DNA of 64,000 bases, from assembly GCA_002633005.1 (NCBI GenBank), contig NMRA01000300.1:362016-426015 (forward strand). The letters are read 5' to 3'. The notes beneath the pieces were generated by a model. The model worked only from the letters and a program-made list of their open reading frames with translations. It did not search any database and had not been told where the DNA came from. Of the stretch, positions 37,992 to 50,199 are shown in pieces. The DNA comes from Phoronis australis (lineage: Eukaryota > Animalia > Phoronida). Both the position numbers and the translations under genes were made by a program. Numbering within the stretch: position 1 is the stretch's first letter; every line of letters begins with the position of its first letter.

Positions 37992-38611
37992 TTAACCAGG
38001 TGCATCGTTACTGCATGAATGTAGTAAAAAATCCGCTCATGAGGCGATTTTCGAAAATTCACGATAAAAACGGCAAAAAATCCGTTTATTTTGAATGAAT
38101 TTGATAAAGTGTGGAAAATGCAGCTTGTGAAGTTTTCATTTTAGGTCAAACTCCTTTTATCAATATTTCAATCATAAAAGCCGAAGAGTACCCTTAGATG
38201 ACAAAATGCACGAACACATTCTCCCTACCCAAGAGTCATTGACATGTCAAAGATTTATCTTTTGTTCTTTAATTTCAAAATTTTGGTTTTTCATGTCGTG
38301 TCCTTACTCGTTTTTGCCTTCTCCGAAACGAAAATAACTTATTGGGTTTGGTATTATTTTAAAACTTCATGGAATCAATATAATTTGTTTCATTTAGTTT
38401 TGGTATTTTCGTTGAGCACATTCACGTATTTGATTCCTTAGTTTGTGCAATCTACATGTAAGACGTTACATGTTTCACATATCAAGCAGTCACTTTTGTT
38501 TTTAAATTTACTGATTTCATCTTTCAGTTGACTTTGGTAGTATCCTAGCTGGGTTCTGTGTTTTATTCCCCATTTTAGCGGACTGGAAGACTAAGATATT
38601 CCGCATTTTAG

Positions 38612-38820
38612 GATTACCCATGCCCGAGGCAACCAAGGTAGCATTTTTCGTTGGCCTGAAAAATAACCTTGGATCAGTGGCAAGAAACGAGCCAATCGCC
38701 TTCACAGAATTGGTGACAAATGTGGGCGGCGCTTACGATGTCACCACAGGATACTTCACCGCGCCATCTAACGGCACGTACTACTTCAACGTAGTAGTCG
38801 CTGCAGTTGGAAGAGAGAAG
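38612..38820 (+). CDS. C1q-domain protein exon 2
   Basis: Acceptor CATTTTAG; VAFFVGL...IAFTELVTNVGGAYDVTTGYFTAPSNGTYYFNV is the gC1q signature; donor AAG|GTTCGT. Confidence 0.9.
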
Positions 38821-39825
38821 GTTCGTTGTCACAGTAACGAATCGTGTAAGCAAAAACAAAGGTGTAAATAATGTCATTTCCTGTTGTGTGTGTTCATATC
38901 CACAAGACCACCATATACTTGTAGTGCTTGGAGCTTCAGGACAATACATTTCAATAACATTTTCGGACAAATCACGACAGTGTCACGTTAAGATGGTTCA
39001 AAAGCCATATTTGTCGAAACGTTAAGGCAATGAAGGGTACTTTACTCACCATAAATTGTATGTAAAACTTTTCAATCTACTTCGATAAAAATGAAATTAC
39101 TGAAAACAGTAGTTCCTCAAACCGGAAGTGGTGATGTTCTAATCAAGTTTTGGAAACGTCAATCAGTCAGAGTACGTGAGTTCGCTAGCTGTTTAGTCAT
39201 AACTGTGTGAAATTTTCAGTCCCAAAATCATTCCATATCAAATTGTCTTGGACATGAGCAATGACGTCATAAACAGACGGTGCAACTAATAATGATTCAG
39301 CCGGTCACACAGTGTTTGGATTTTGCGACTTGTTCACCCCGGCGACACATTTTTGATTCGAAGATTTTTTAAAATCGAATGAAAAGATTCAGTATACATT
39401 TCAGAATAACACTAAAGTAATCTTCACGCTGTACTTTCATGAAAAAGGCGGTGACCAACATTTAACTGTAGCGAGCAAAGCGCGTTAAAAACTAAGAAAA
39501 GGATTCAAACATAACGTGTCATGTATGTCCTATAGCGACTTGCAGATTAAATCTTGTCTTAAAGGTGGCTGCACACCAAATCCATCAAATCAGTGACTAT
39601 CTAGAAAATAGTGCACTGTTTTATAGGACTATGCAAGAACACAGTTTATTTGCACCTGTAGAGATTTTAGTTAATCTGCACACCGCCAGTTCCGTTTTTA
39701 CGACGTTTGTTCTTGCTTACCTGTTCGAATGTACCGTAATGGCCGCATGTGTGCTCTGATTTTGTTCTGTTCAGCGTGAGTTTGATCACCAGAGTATCTT
39801 GATGTTGGTATCCGCCACTTGTCTC

Positions 39826-39892
39826 TCCTGTGTATGGTATCCACCACTTGTCTCTCCTCGGTATGGTATCCCCAACTTGTCTCTCATGTGTA
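39826..39892. repeat. ~29-bp tandem repeat x3 (TATGGTATCCACCACTTGTCTCTCCTGTG)
   Basis: Read directly. Confidence 0.65.
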
Positions 39893-40444
39893 CGTACTGT
39901 TGGCACGTTTACGTAACGAAATACCTTCACGTTACCACTGAGATTATTTGTTGTAAATTAAATATATTTGTAGAAAATTGTAATGATAAATATTTTAGCT
40001 GCTGTATCAGGTGAGTGCCATTTTTATTCTGGAACAGACAGACATGTCAATCAAATAATCAACAAGGTGTAGCATCGTAGCTGTGATTCCGGTCATCGCG
40101 GGAGCGTGTAGATAAAAATAAAGCTGATAACGAAACTCTTTTGTCTATTTTAAAAAATCCGAGTCCTTTGTAAGAATTTTTAAAAAAACTTAATTGAGAA
40201 AAGTTTCGTTAGAGCGGAAATGGGACAATGAAGGCGGAGATCACAAATTTAAATGGACTTTTACGATTACAATTTCACTTAATTGTTCGCTTGCCCGAGA
40301 CGACGAATTACGGGAAATGTGTTAAGCGACGGAATGTTAGTTTTTTCGAAATTTTCAACAATTTTAGGTATATATATCGTGAAGGGGAAAGGGCCCCGGA
40401 CAATTTTCATGTTACTGGCAAGAATAGGCTTTCTCTTGTTGCAG

Positions 40445-40561
40445 GCGGCGGTGGAACTGGTCAAGAATGGAAGAATGGTAGTGACAGTGTGGGCAGAGAG
40501 TATACCGTTCTGGAGTACAGCCTCGTCCGGCGTAACACTACACCTCTACCAAGGAGACCAG
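40445..40561 (+). CDS. C1q-domain protein exon 3
   Basis: Acceptor TTGTTGCAG; AAVELVKNG...TASSGVTLHLYQGDQ; donor CAG|GTCAGT. Confidence 0.88.
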
Positions 40562-40980
40562 GTCAGTCATCGAGACATTTCACGGCAGAGCGCGTGAAGT
40601 CTCCGAATGAAATAAACGCCATCTTACGTTTGCATACAATAGTTTAGTTTTGAACAAGATGAACTCAACCCCTGTAGTAAATATACATGTAGGTTAGAAA
40701 CACTGTCACAAGAGCGGTCGTACATTGGCCCCCAGTAATTTTTGTTTAGTACAGCCCGAGATGTTTTTTAAAAAGTCCAGAGGGGCCGCTTATTGAAGTA
40801 CTCGTCTGAAAGCGAGAATGGCATGTTAACATGGCGACCATGGACGCGTAGTATTAAAACTTTTATACAGTGTATGTTAAACTACTGTTGTCATCCATGG
40901 GCAGGTATATAAAGACATTTGTACGTGAAAATTTTCCAGTGTATTTTATCTACACGAATGCTTGGATTTTTCTCCTGTAG

Positions 40981-41067
40981 GTTTGGCTGCTGAGACTTCA
41001 GAGGGCGCCCTTCCTTCACGGTTTCATGTATTCCTCTTTCTCGGGATTCATCTTATTCGACGACTGA
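40981..41067 (+). CDS. C1q-domain protein exon 4 (C-terminal)
   Basis: Acceptor TCTCCTGTAG; VWLLRLQRAPFLHGFMYSSFSGFILFDD* completes GDQVW...FSGF. Confidence 0.88.
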   Translation, partial: VWLLRLQRAPFLHGFMYSSFSGFILFDD

Positions 41068-41413
41068 TTGAATGGCAGTAAATGCAAATAACTCAAACCA
41101 GTTCTCACAGTACGCAGCTTGAAGTTAAATACCAATCAAATTTCTCAATTCCATCAAAAAACGAACACTTTGATCTCCCCGCGGGACAATTTCATCTGTT
41201 CAATTTGATCTTAACGTAAACTCACTTACTGTATTGCAAAACATCCTCTGGGTTTATATCAATATCGAAATGTAATGTTTGTAATGGAAACCTGTGTTTT
41301 AACTTCTGTTTTTTGTCCATCTTCTATCAAAAGCTTCTGAACTCTGAAATCTCGAGTTTTAACTAGTCTCCTATTTGGAGCTGAATGGGTCGCCAAGTGC
41401 ACACATGGACAAT

Positions 41414-41465
41414 ACAAGACACAAGACAAGACACGAGACAAAACACAAGACAAGACACAAGACAC
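41414..41465. repeat. (ACAAG/ACACAAG)n microsatellite
   Basis: Read directly. Confidence 0.7.
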
Positions 41466-42632
41466 TTCTTTGAGAATCTGAAAAGACTCGAACACACAAA
41501 TGCAATCTGTAGACATTTATTCTTGAGACGACTTCGTATCGATGTTCGTGTGTGAGATCGTACATGTAAATTAATTAGATACTAGGCAATAGAGACCCAT
41601 AACGAATATCAAATTATGATTGACTAAAATCATGTAATAAAGCCATCCCATGGCTTGAATGATATCTTGATAAGGTAACTGGTGAAACGCAAACGCCGAG
41701 GATAAAAAATGGTGGAAATATACATTTTGCTGGTGGAATACATTTTGCTTTTCCATATCGCATAACCGACGAACTAAAATATATGCTTAGAATTTATCAA
41801 TCTATTATTAATTTGAAGAATTCATTAGTCTATTATTAATTTAATTTGTTCAAGTAAATGTCTTGAAACAGTTCTTAACATAGGAGCCTACTAATTGCAA
41901 CAAGGCAAACATAATTTAAAAACAGAAAAAGGTCAATCTTGGCCATGATTTTTATGTGAAGAATGAACGAATTTGTATGCCATACAATAATGAAAATGTT
42001 ACTATTGGTTTTGAATTTCAATGTTAATTAACGAGGTAAACTGTACGTAACACAACTACATGTATAAAACAACACAGACCATGTCATGTAGATTTACACT
42101 AACACTATAGTGTCATTAGCTGTGCGCATGGCCGCGAACCAATAAAGGTCCAAGTTTGTGTCAACGCTTGCAATTTCTCCTCTGTAGTCGTAATCAGATC
42201 TATGGTGCAGCGGCGGTTGATAAATAGCCTGTATGGGAAAGAAAGAGCCTAACACGTGACTGCCACGTCACGAGCTAGTGCAAGTCTGGAGAATTTTACA
42301 TTTCTACTGTGGATACATTACGTGAAACCTTTCCAAATTTGGACAATAGCGTTACGGAAAGAACATTTCCTCAGTGGGCAAACCGACTCACTGCGTCATT
42401 TCACAACCAGAGACCACGGTTTAATCTGCGAACTCAGACGAGCACGAATCGAGTTCACATTTCTAAATGTACTCGTTACTTGTCACATTATTAGTCAATT
42501 TTCGAGTCTAATTTCGAATACAGAGATTAGATTCCGTTGTATATTTGTCTAAATGCACACAAGATATGCAAATCAGTAGAGATACGTTGTTCATTACACA
42601 CAGTAATAAAGTAGTACATCCAAGTATGTATT

Positions 42633-44669
42633 TCACATATATTTGAAGACTTTAACAGTGCCCAAACTTTCTGCAACGACAAGCTGACCTCTGGTGTTAA
42701 TTTCCAGAGCCATAGGGTGCCACAGACCATCCCTTGCTGTGGCCAGAAATTTCTGGAAACGTCCGTTTGGCAGAAGCAGATGGATTCTATGGTTCTGGTG
42801 GTCGGCCACAAACATATACCCAAAAGCGTCGGTGCACACGCCGTATGGCTGCAAAAGTTCATCTTGGCGAATACCGTAGTCACCGTGCTGGCCAACATAC
42901 TCGCCCTTGGAACTGAACACTTTGATATTTGGGGACGCCCAGTCGGTAACAATCATGCTGTTGTTTCGGCCGATGGCTACGTAATAGGGGTCAGTAAAAA
43001 TGTCTTTACCTTGCTCAGACACACCACCAATGGCCATTATTAGTTTTCCCGTCTCCGCCTCATGTAGTGTTAATCTACGATAACCACAGTCGATAACGAC
43101 TATATCACCGTTGTTGTTCACGGCAACGCCTCGAGGATGCTTGAAATGGCCGTCAATTGTTCTCACAAATTCCCCTTTGGCCGTAAATATTTTAAGATTT
43201 TCGTGGAGATAATCGCTAACAACAAGATTCCCATTTGGCAAAAAGGCCAAGTCAAACGGACAACCGAGGGAAGAAATACCCTCAGAACCAAATGAGCACG
43301 ATAATTCACCGGTCTGAGTATACACTTTAACTCGACGATTTTCCCTATCAACGAAAGCGGTGTTACCTTCTGAACCAACAGCAACCCCAGTGGGCCATAC
43401 ATCTTTCCGGTCATCTTTCAATTTAATACTGAAGGAATTCACCATCTCAGACTTGTTGTTAATATCCGGTAAAACGCTCGTCATTTCCAGTTGACTTTTA
43501 TTGAGCGAGGCCATATCTTGTTTGCCAATGGGAAGATTGCACTGTTCCACGAACCCATACATGGCTGCCATATTTTCAGATGTAGCACTTCCGGTCTTAA
43601 AGAACAACCCTAACTTATGAGTCAGGCCGTCTAACTGTGTGTAGACTAGATCAGATAGTCGATCGATTATTAATTTGTGAACATCTAGAATTTCGTCATC
43701 CCTGCCGTAGTCTAATAACTTATTTATAAACGTACGGCTGCATCTCATCGAAAGAAGGGCCTCGTTGAGTTTCGCTCGCTTCTTTTCTACATTCTGTTTT
43801 TCATCGTCCACGCTAGATATCACTGTAATCGCAGCTATTTCTTTTTGCTCGTCTACGAGCTTGTGCAGCGACTCGGCCTGCTTTTCAATCTCTACCAACA
43901 TCTTTGATTCAATATCAGACAATTGTTGTGCGTACGCGGTAAGGTACTCATTATAAGCTTCAAGTCCGGGGATTTTGTTCAATGTGCTCGCTTGTAAAAC
44001 GTTAATTTGTTTCGAAGCCTTTTTGCTCGCGACCTCTATTGAGATGCACCTGTGACTACTATGACTGACAGCTTTGCACTCGGGACACAAGAGTATAGTG
44101 CAGTCGTCACAAAATTCGCTGTACACTTGTTCTTCGTGAGTTCTACAAGTCAAGGGTTGCATGTTTCTGATGTCCTCGTCATATCGCCCTATCTGTATCT
44201 GTTCAAAAGGTGCCAGTTTGTGACCGCGGGTAATTTTGGTTCGTCGATGTGCATTGGCACAATTTTCGCACACATTATCTTGGCAGTCGAGACACCGATA
44301 CGTGGCCACTTCCGCTTTATGATCAAACTCGCAATAATCACAGGGTTTCGCTTCCTCACTTTGGCATGTTAGAAGGTCCAGCAAATTAGCTGTGAAACTG
44401 TTCAGTCGCACGTCGAATTTACCGTTCTTTTGAGCAACTATTTCAAAAGAGCATACGGGACAAACCATTTTAATAAGTGCGCTCGCCGCGTCCGGTGATT
44501 CATTTGGGCTTTGAGAACGAGGAACACAGTCCCAACACAAGGAATGCAGACATGGCAGTATTACTGGACTGCTACACGTTTCGTGACACACAGGACATTG
44601 CAGAAGATCGGTTCGCACGATTTCGTAGACAGTCGGCTTATAACTTTCTTCAGGTATCTTGTCCGACAT
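42633..44669 (-). CDS. TRIM-NHL E3 ubiquitin ligase (TRIM2/3/71-like), 678 aa, single coding exon
   Basis: C3HC4 RING (CPVC..LPCLHSLC..C..CPVC), two B-boxes, coiled coil, about 6 NHL repeats (PTGVAV, PFDLA, PRGVAV, PYYVA, PYGVC, PMAL); acceptor TATTTCCAG just upstream of the ATG. Confidence 0.93.
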   Translation of the reverse strand: MSDKIPEESYKPTVYEIVRTDLLQCPVCHETCSSPVILPCLHSLCWDCVPRSQSPNESPDAASALIKMVCPVCSFEIVAQKNGKFDVRLNSFTANLLDLLTCQSEEAKPCDYCEFDHKAEVATYRCLDCQDNVCENCANAHRRTKITRGHKLAPFEQIQIGRYDEDIRNMQPLTCRTHEEQVYSEFCDDCTILLCPECKAVSHSSHRCISIEVASKKASKQINVLQASTLNKIPGLEAYNEYLTAYAQQLSDIESKMLVEIEKQAESLHKLVDEQKEIAAITVISSVDDEKQNVEKKRAKLNEALLSMRCSRTFINKLLDYGRDDEILDVHKLIIDRLSDLVYTQLDGLTHKLGLFFKTGSATSENMAAMYGFVEQCNLPIGKQDMASLNKSQLEMTSVLPDINNKSEMVNSFSIKLKDDRKDVWPTGVAVGSEGNTAFVDRENRRVKVYTQTGELSCSFGSEGISSLGCPFDLAFLPNGNLVVSDYLHENLKIFTAKGEFVRTIDGHFKHPRGVAVNNNGDIVVIDCGYRRLTLHEAETGKLIMAIGGVSEQGKDIFTDPYYVAIGRNNSMIVTDWASPNIKVFSSKGEYVGQHGDYGIRQDELLQPYGVCTDAFGYMFVADHQNHRIHLLLPNGRFQKFLATARDGLWHPMALEINTRGQLVVAESLGTVKVFKYM

Positions 44670-45317
44670 GACGATAGTCTGGTAAACTGGTTCTGGAAAT
44701 AGACAAGACGTTGTTTTTATACATGTGGCTTACACTTTTGCAAGTTTACATGGTAGAGAAAGAAAATATAGAGGCCCAATATATTTACTTCTCCTTGCGC
44801 ATCACCATTTGCCAGACTGGNAAGTGTCTAATTCGGAACACGGCGCATTCGTAACGGAACTATGTCTAAGTATAGGCTCTCCCGCGATATCCCAGGCGAC
44901 CGGCAGTGGCGCTGCGCACTACGACTCCGTTTCCGTCGTCTGCGCCACTGTGCAATGAAGAAAATTTACTTCATTTTTTAAAGAAAATGGAACCTGAGTG
45001 ACAATGAAAAAACAGAAGCTGCTGGTAAGATGTGAATTTTAATCGAAGCCTTAGTGAATCACTCAGAAACTCATAATTCTCTCTTTTTCAAACCTTAACT
45101 TAAGACGATTTCTAAAGCAATCCTGTCATTATTTCCAACACGAAAAACGGATTTGGTTTTTTGGGCATTTGAAAACTATTTTCAATACAACAAATTTGTT
45201 AGGAACCGATTGCACAAAATATAAAACATTTAATAAACATTACAATAAGAAGTAGGTTTCGCGCGCAAACGCTGTGGACCATAAACAAGTAGGTCTCTTC
45301 GTAGCTCTTTAGGAGTT

Positions 45318-45385
45318 AGGGCGTGGTGGTGTAGTGTAAAGCATGCGCGTTCTTTTTGCCAGGTCGTGTGTTCGAGTCTTAGTTA
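45318..45385 (+). other. tRNA-like relic or SINE head
   Basis: A-box-like TGGTGTAGTG and B-box GTTCGAGTC, with no intact cloverleaf. Confidence 0.3.
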
Positions 45386-45888
45386 CTTACGTTTTTTTCC
45401 TGTTTAACACGTTCTCCGTGTTTTTTTGCCATTCTTTCTTGGATAATACTTCAGGAATCAAGGAAAATGCTTGATTTTTAGACAAAAAAAACAGAAAAAT
45501 TTCCTGGGCGGAGGGGGGTTTGCCTCCCCCTATTCGGTGTGCATCTACAATCGTGGTTTGCAAAAATGCTTACAGCCGGACAAAATGTTGGGGCCCCCCT
45601 TATGATATCCTAAATCCGCCACTGAGTTTACAGTAGTTGACTGACTAGCGTCCAGTTAAATATGAAAAGGACTGCAATATGTTCAAATACCAATGAGTTT
45701 GTTTTTGCAGAGCTTTCTTTCCTGGCTTCTTGGTTTTAGCCTTCTCTAAGTCTATCCATAGGTGGCGGTTTATCAATGCCCACTAGTCTAGAGCCTTCAC
45801 AGTGTACGTGCAGATCTATATGTAATATCGAGAAACATTCAAACTATTTTTCTGAAGCCATGACTTTTCTTACTCGTAAATGCTCCAG

Positions 45889-46296
45889 TGCCCAGTTGCA
45901 TGAAACAGTCCCAAATAGGGACTCATCTAATTTCCCTAAGTCTACTGCATATTTGTATCTTTCTTTACTCACAGGTGTAATCTTCTTCTATCTTGTCATC
46001 TTTATTATGAGCTCCTCTTTTTCTAATACTAAAAACTGAGTCCTGAATTCAGTGAAATTGAATAGGGACTCAGTCCTTAAATTATGGGCGTTGTGTGGAA
46101 AGATCCCAATTTATTTTCTATAATATTGAGAATTTAAGGTTGAGTTCACCCTAGATTAGTATCAAATCCAAAAACCGACTTAACAATGAAACTAAAACAG
46201 TATAAAAAAGGACAATCGGCGTTTTCATAAGTCCACAAACACGCAAAATATTTAGGGTACTTAGTTGAGTCCTTGACTGTTTTATGCAATCAGACA
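45889..46296. mobile_element. Possible Harbinger-type MITE
   Basis: Imperfect TIRs GCCCAGTTGCATGAAACAGTC / GACTGTTTTATGCAATCAGAC; internal GGACTC/GAGTCC repeats. Confidence 0.35.
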
Positions 46297-47981
46297 AAGA
46301 TGACGTTCGTGGCAATGAAAGTGTATGTGTACCTAGTTTGTTTGCTTTTCAGTTAGGGAGGAACTGTTTATATCCTCACTGGTTGAGGCTTTTCTTGGAA
46401 ACAGGTGAACCGGGTTTATGAAATAAAAGACGCACAGAAAGCGACGATGGCAGGTTTTGCTTTATATTCACGCTGCTATAGGTGTCGCTGCAGCAGGGAC
46501 TTCGCTAATTACGTCAGGATGATTTGTCTCTCACTTAAATTCGAAAAGGCTAACCGGGTTTAACCTTTGGACAGGGTTCATTTTATAACAAATTTTTACT
46601 GAAAAGATTCTCCGTGGTTTTGCTGAGCTAACATGACTAAGAACATAAGGGGAATATACACACTGTATTCATGCATAATACGGAGAAAACCTCCACCGAC
46701 GGAAGCGGACGTCTCCATAGAATTTCCCAATAGATAGACTCATTTTAGTCGGGCTAACTATCAAATGAGTGACATTTATCTTACTAACTCTATAAAACGA
46801 CATGTTTCAACCTCCTACTAGTAGCACGTACCACCGTCAAAGGTGTGGTTGTGAGTACCCCCCCGGGTTCACGGCAACATTTTATCAATTTACAATGACG
46901 TGGGAATGAACGGAACGTTGGCGACTTCATTGAATTATGTCCATTGGAATAATTGACTTATAAAAAATTCAGTGGTAGTAAAGCTGATATGTCATACACG
47001 TCAAACGCCAAACTGTTTGATCATTGATTGAGAATACGGGTACGTGACACTCAACTTGACAAGGATCAACACTTATAGGGCCGGAGCCAGTACGTCTGTA
47101 ACCGGGCAGGTGCTTCCAACTAGGGCAGTCATTGAAATCTGACGAGCTTCAATGATGACCAAGTATATATACATATGCGATCTGAGAAAAGAATTCACGG
47201 TCTAAGCACAACAGCAATGAGAACAGTTGTTGACTATGTACGCCTCGCTGTGCCTTCCATATTACAACCTGTGTGTAGACTGCATGCACCGCCAATAGTA
47301 CATGGGACTGATACAAAAACAAGCGCACAGTTTTCTGTTATCAAACATACGGTGGCGTAACAAACGAAGGAGTGGTCACTTTTAAAGAATAAACGGACTT
47401 ACCGGTTTATTCGTTCTTTCACCAGCCTCTTAACGATTGATGAAACCAACTACACATTGTGGCGACGATATCAAGCTGATAAATATGAACTCACGTCCAT
47501 TGTTTATGTAACCTGTGCACATAACAACCCACCTGCATTTATACACAAATGTCAATGTTAACCTGTAAAAACTGCCTAGAAGGCCGATCGTAAAGGTATG
47601 CTTCTCGGCTGGTACCGATTAAACTCGTGCATTATTTAACGAATGGAGAAGCTGTACTCCGCTAGTGAAAACCACGGAGGCTTGCTTGAATAGCATCTTT
47701 AGTCAGCGAGTATTACTATTAACAAATGTATCCAACCAGTCTGTGTACATTACTCGTCTGCTATTCAATAGAAACAGGGCAACCAACAGCGCCCTCGGGG
47801 GTTACTCTCAGATGCAACATGATTGGCTAGTTTATAGATTTGCAACAGGCAACGATAATAGCAGTTTAACTTAAAAAGTGTTGGCAGTCAACGGTTTTGT
47901 GGGTGGAGCTCATTGGCGATTGCTTTCATTCTCAATACACACACCGGTCCTACGGGGATGAATCATAAACTAATTTCTAAG

Positions 47982-48229
47982 CATGCGCGCACACAGCCTA
48001 CAATATGGGGGACTCGCATTCCTAACGTTGTGGACCTTTTGATGACAAAATAGCCGGCGGACTAAAAATAACGAAGAAAAAAAAAACCGGGCGCACAACT
48101 ATATATGAATTGTGCTTGTTGAGACCTTTTTCTCATTTTCATTTTCTCGGACTTTTTGTTTCTCACAGGCGGACCTTTTTGCCCGCTTCGAGCCCCCCCC
48201 GAGCCCCTCTCCCCCTGGGTGCGCGCATG
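47982..48229. mobile_element. 248-bp MITE with TIR CATGCGCGCAC
   Basis: CTAAG|CATGCGCGCAC...GTGCGCGCATG|CTAAA (4/5 match as a 5-bp TSD). Confidence 0.6.
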
Positions 48230-50199
48230 CTAAATTCTAACTAAGCCAATCAGTTAACGTCTCGATACAAATGAACGAAAGTAGTTGTAACAGAACTACA
48301 ATAGGCGTCGCTAGCTTATGTTATTGCCCAGGATATCAGAAACATGGCTGAAACGTAGTTTTGTTGCCAGGAACATTTCGTCTACTCTCCTGCTGACATG
48401 GAAGTCTTGTCAATGCGTAGCGGACACAATATCGAGCGGCACTGTCCATATCTGGAGCGACCCCTATCGTTCAAATCGGACACCACCTTATCCTCGGTGT
48501 AAGCTTCAGTACACTATTTGCACACACTCAGACAAAAACATTAACAATTTTACACAAGAAATAATGCACAAGGAGGTTTAAGAAATCAAATTACTGTAGC
48601 GCTTTTCTTAAATCATTCAGCAGTAATGCTCTAACAACAGTTGACCATTTCCATTAAATCAGCCACGAAAACACAGGGCTCACGGAACAACCCACTTTAC
48701 TTATTGTCCCGGCATTGTAATTTGTTTGATAATGAGGCCCGTAGCCAGCATTGCGCAGGAGGTGGCTCGAATTTCTGGAACGGTGGACCTTTGATACTTT
48801 GCAAACGTCGATGACGCTGTTGAGTTTTCATTGGGGCCCTCAGTTGACACAGCTTAATCAGAGGGAAGGGAAATCTGTATACACAATGATGACTCTTAGT
48901 TCTATGTTTTTGAGATGAGACGGAATTAGTAATACCAGAGATAAGGATGCCGTGACGGCTCGCTGGTTCCCCGCGTGCCGCTAGGTGGCAGCCAGCACAC
49001 AGGTAGCAGGCTGTGGACGATTTTTAGCCTTGTCCGTGCAAGTGGCGTAGCAGCAACTATTTTGATTCTGCAGTAGGCCTAATGTTTAATAGCCGCGTGC
49101 TCAGAAGTACATGTACAATAAACATGCCGTCATCTGGTCGATTTAACTAGTATGTTACTCATACTGTATGAATACAGGACAGTAGGCCTAACGTAAACAA
49201 AAGCCAGCGACATTAGGAAGATGCAATCCGAAAGGCGCAACCACAATTTTCTGGGATTCACATTTCTTGAACATGAATTTTAAGCACCCGATTTTTTTGT
49301 ACAACAGACCACATTTACACTTCCACCATCAGTCATGTCAGTTTGTTTGGGTAAAGTGCTGCTTGTTAAGAAATCGACCAGCCAATCAGAAACGCCGGTG
49401 CAAAAAAAAATCCCGAGGAAAATTAAGTGATCATACCAGGCTTGCTGGCTACCACTCATCTCACGCAGGGAACCAGCGAGACCGTGACGGTTGCTCGCAA
49501 AAATGGGACTCATTTCGGATGTAATGTATTCCAAAGCGTTCTCCTCGTTACTTCTTACCAAATTTTCAAAACAGGCGTGCTTAAATGAGTGATTACACCT
49601 TCTCGGTCAGAAATATTTAGTCGGAGATTAACTTAACGAAACTTTTTATCTAGTTATAATTTTCCGTGCATTTTAAACAATTTGGAGTGGGAATATTGAT
49701 GAATTATCAACCACGATACATTCATTAAATCCATGTCAAGGTCACATCATTCCACAATGAGCGCTACTGAAAAGTTTAGGGCAGCTGCGCCTGAACCTCA
49801 CCCACCGGAACCACGCTCAGGCGGGTCGAAATCAAATGTAGTTAGCAGGCTACCCAGTCCATGTCAGTCTTCACATAGTCAGTGAGCCCCATTCAGTCTT
49901 CTTAAATTTAACACCGTTAGTGGCCGCAGCCAGTACCCGTGACCCAGATGTTGAATGAGTCGTTACTTAGATTCACGATTGGCAGTGATTGGAACCGATC
50001 TCAACAATGAAATCAATGTATTCAGAACTAATCAACCTTTAGCACACCCTTTTAAATGGTTACTAAATGGACACGAATACAATAATTTATTCACGTTTGT
50101 TACGACTCATTAGCAGACAACGAGAGTAATGAACTGCTTGGCTCAGTGGTTTGAGGCCTGGACTACTGTTTGAGAGAGATCCGAGTAAAAAAAGTAACT

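Noticed and set aside
39559-39585. TTAAAGGTGG... as a second Kolobok left end (similar at 61217)
   Set aside because: No matching right TIR was found in the window.
45670-46040. Purine-rich, coding-like minus-strand stretch upstream of the TRIM gene
   Set aside because: It has multiple stops and no recognisable domain, and partly overlaps a putative MITE.
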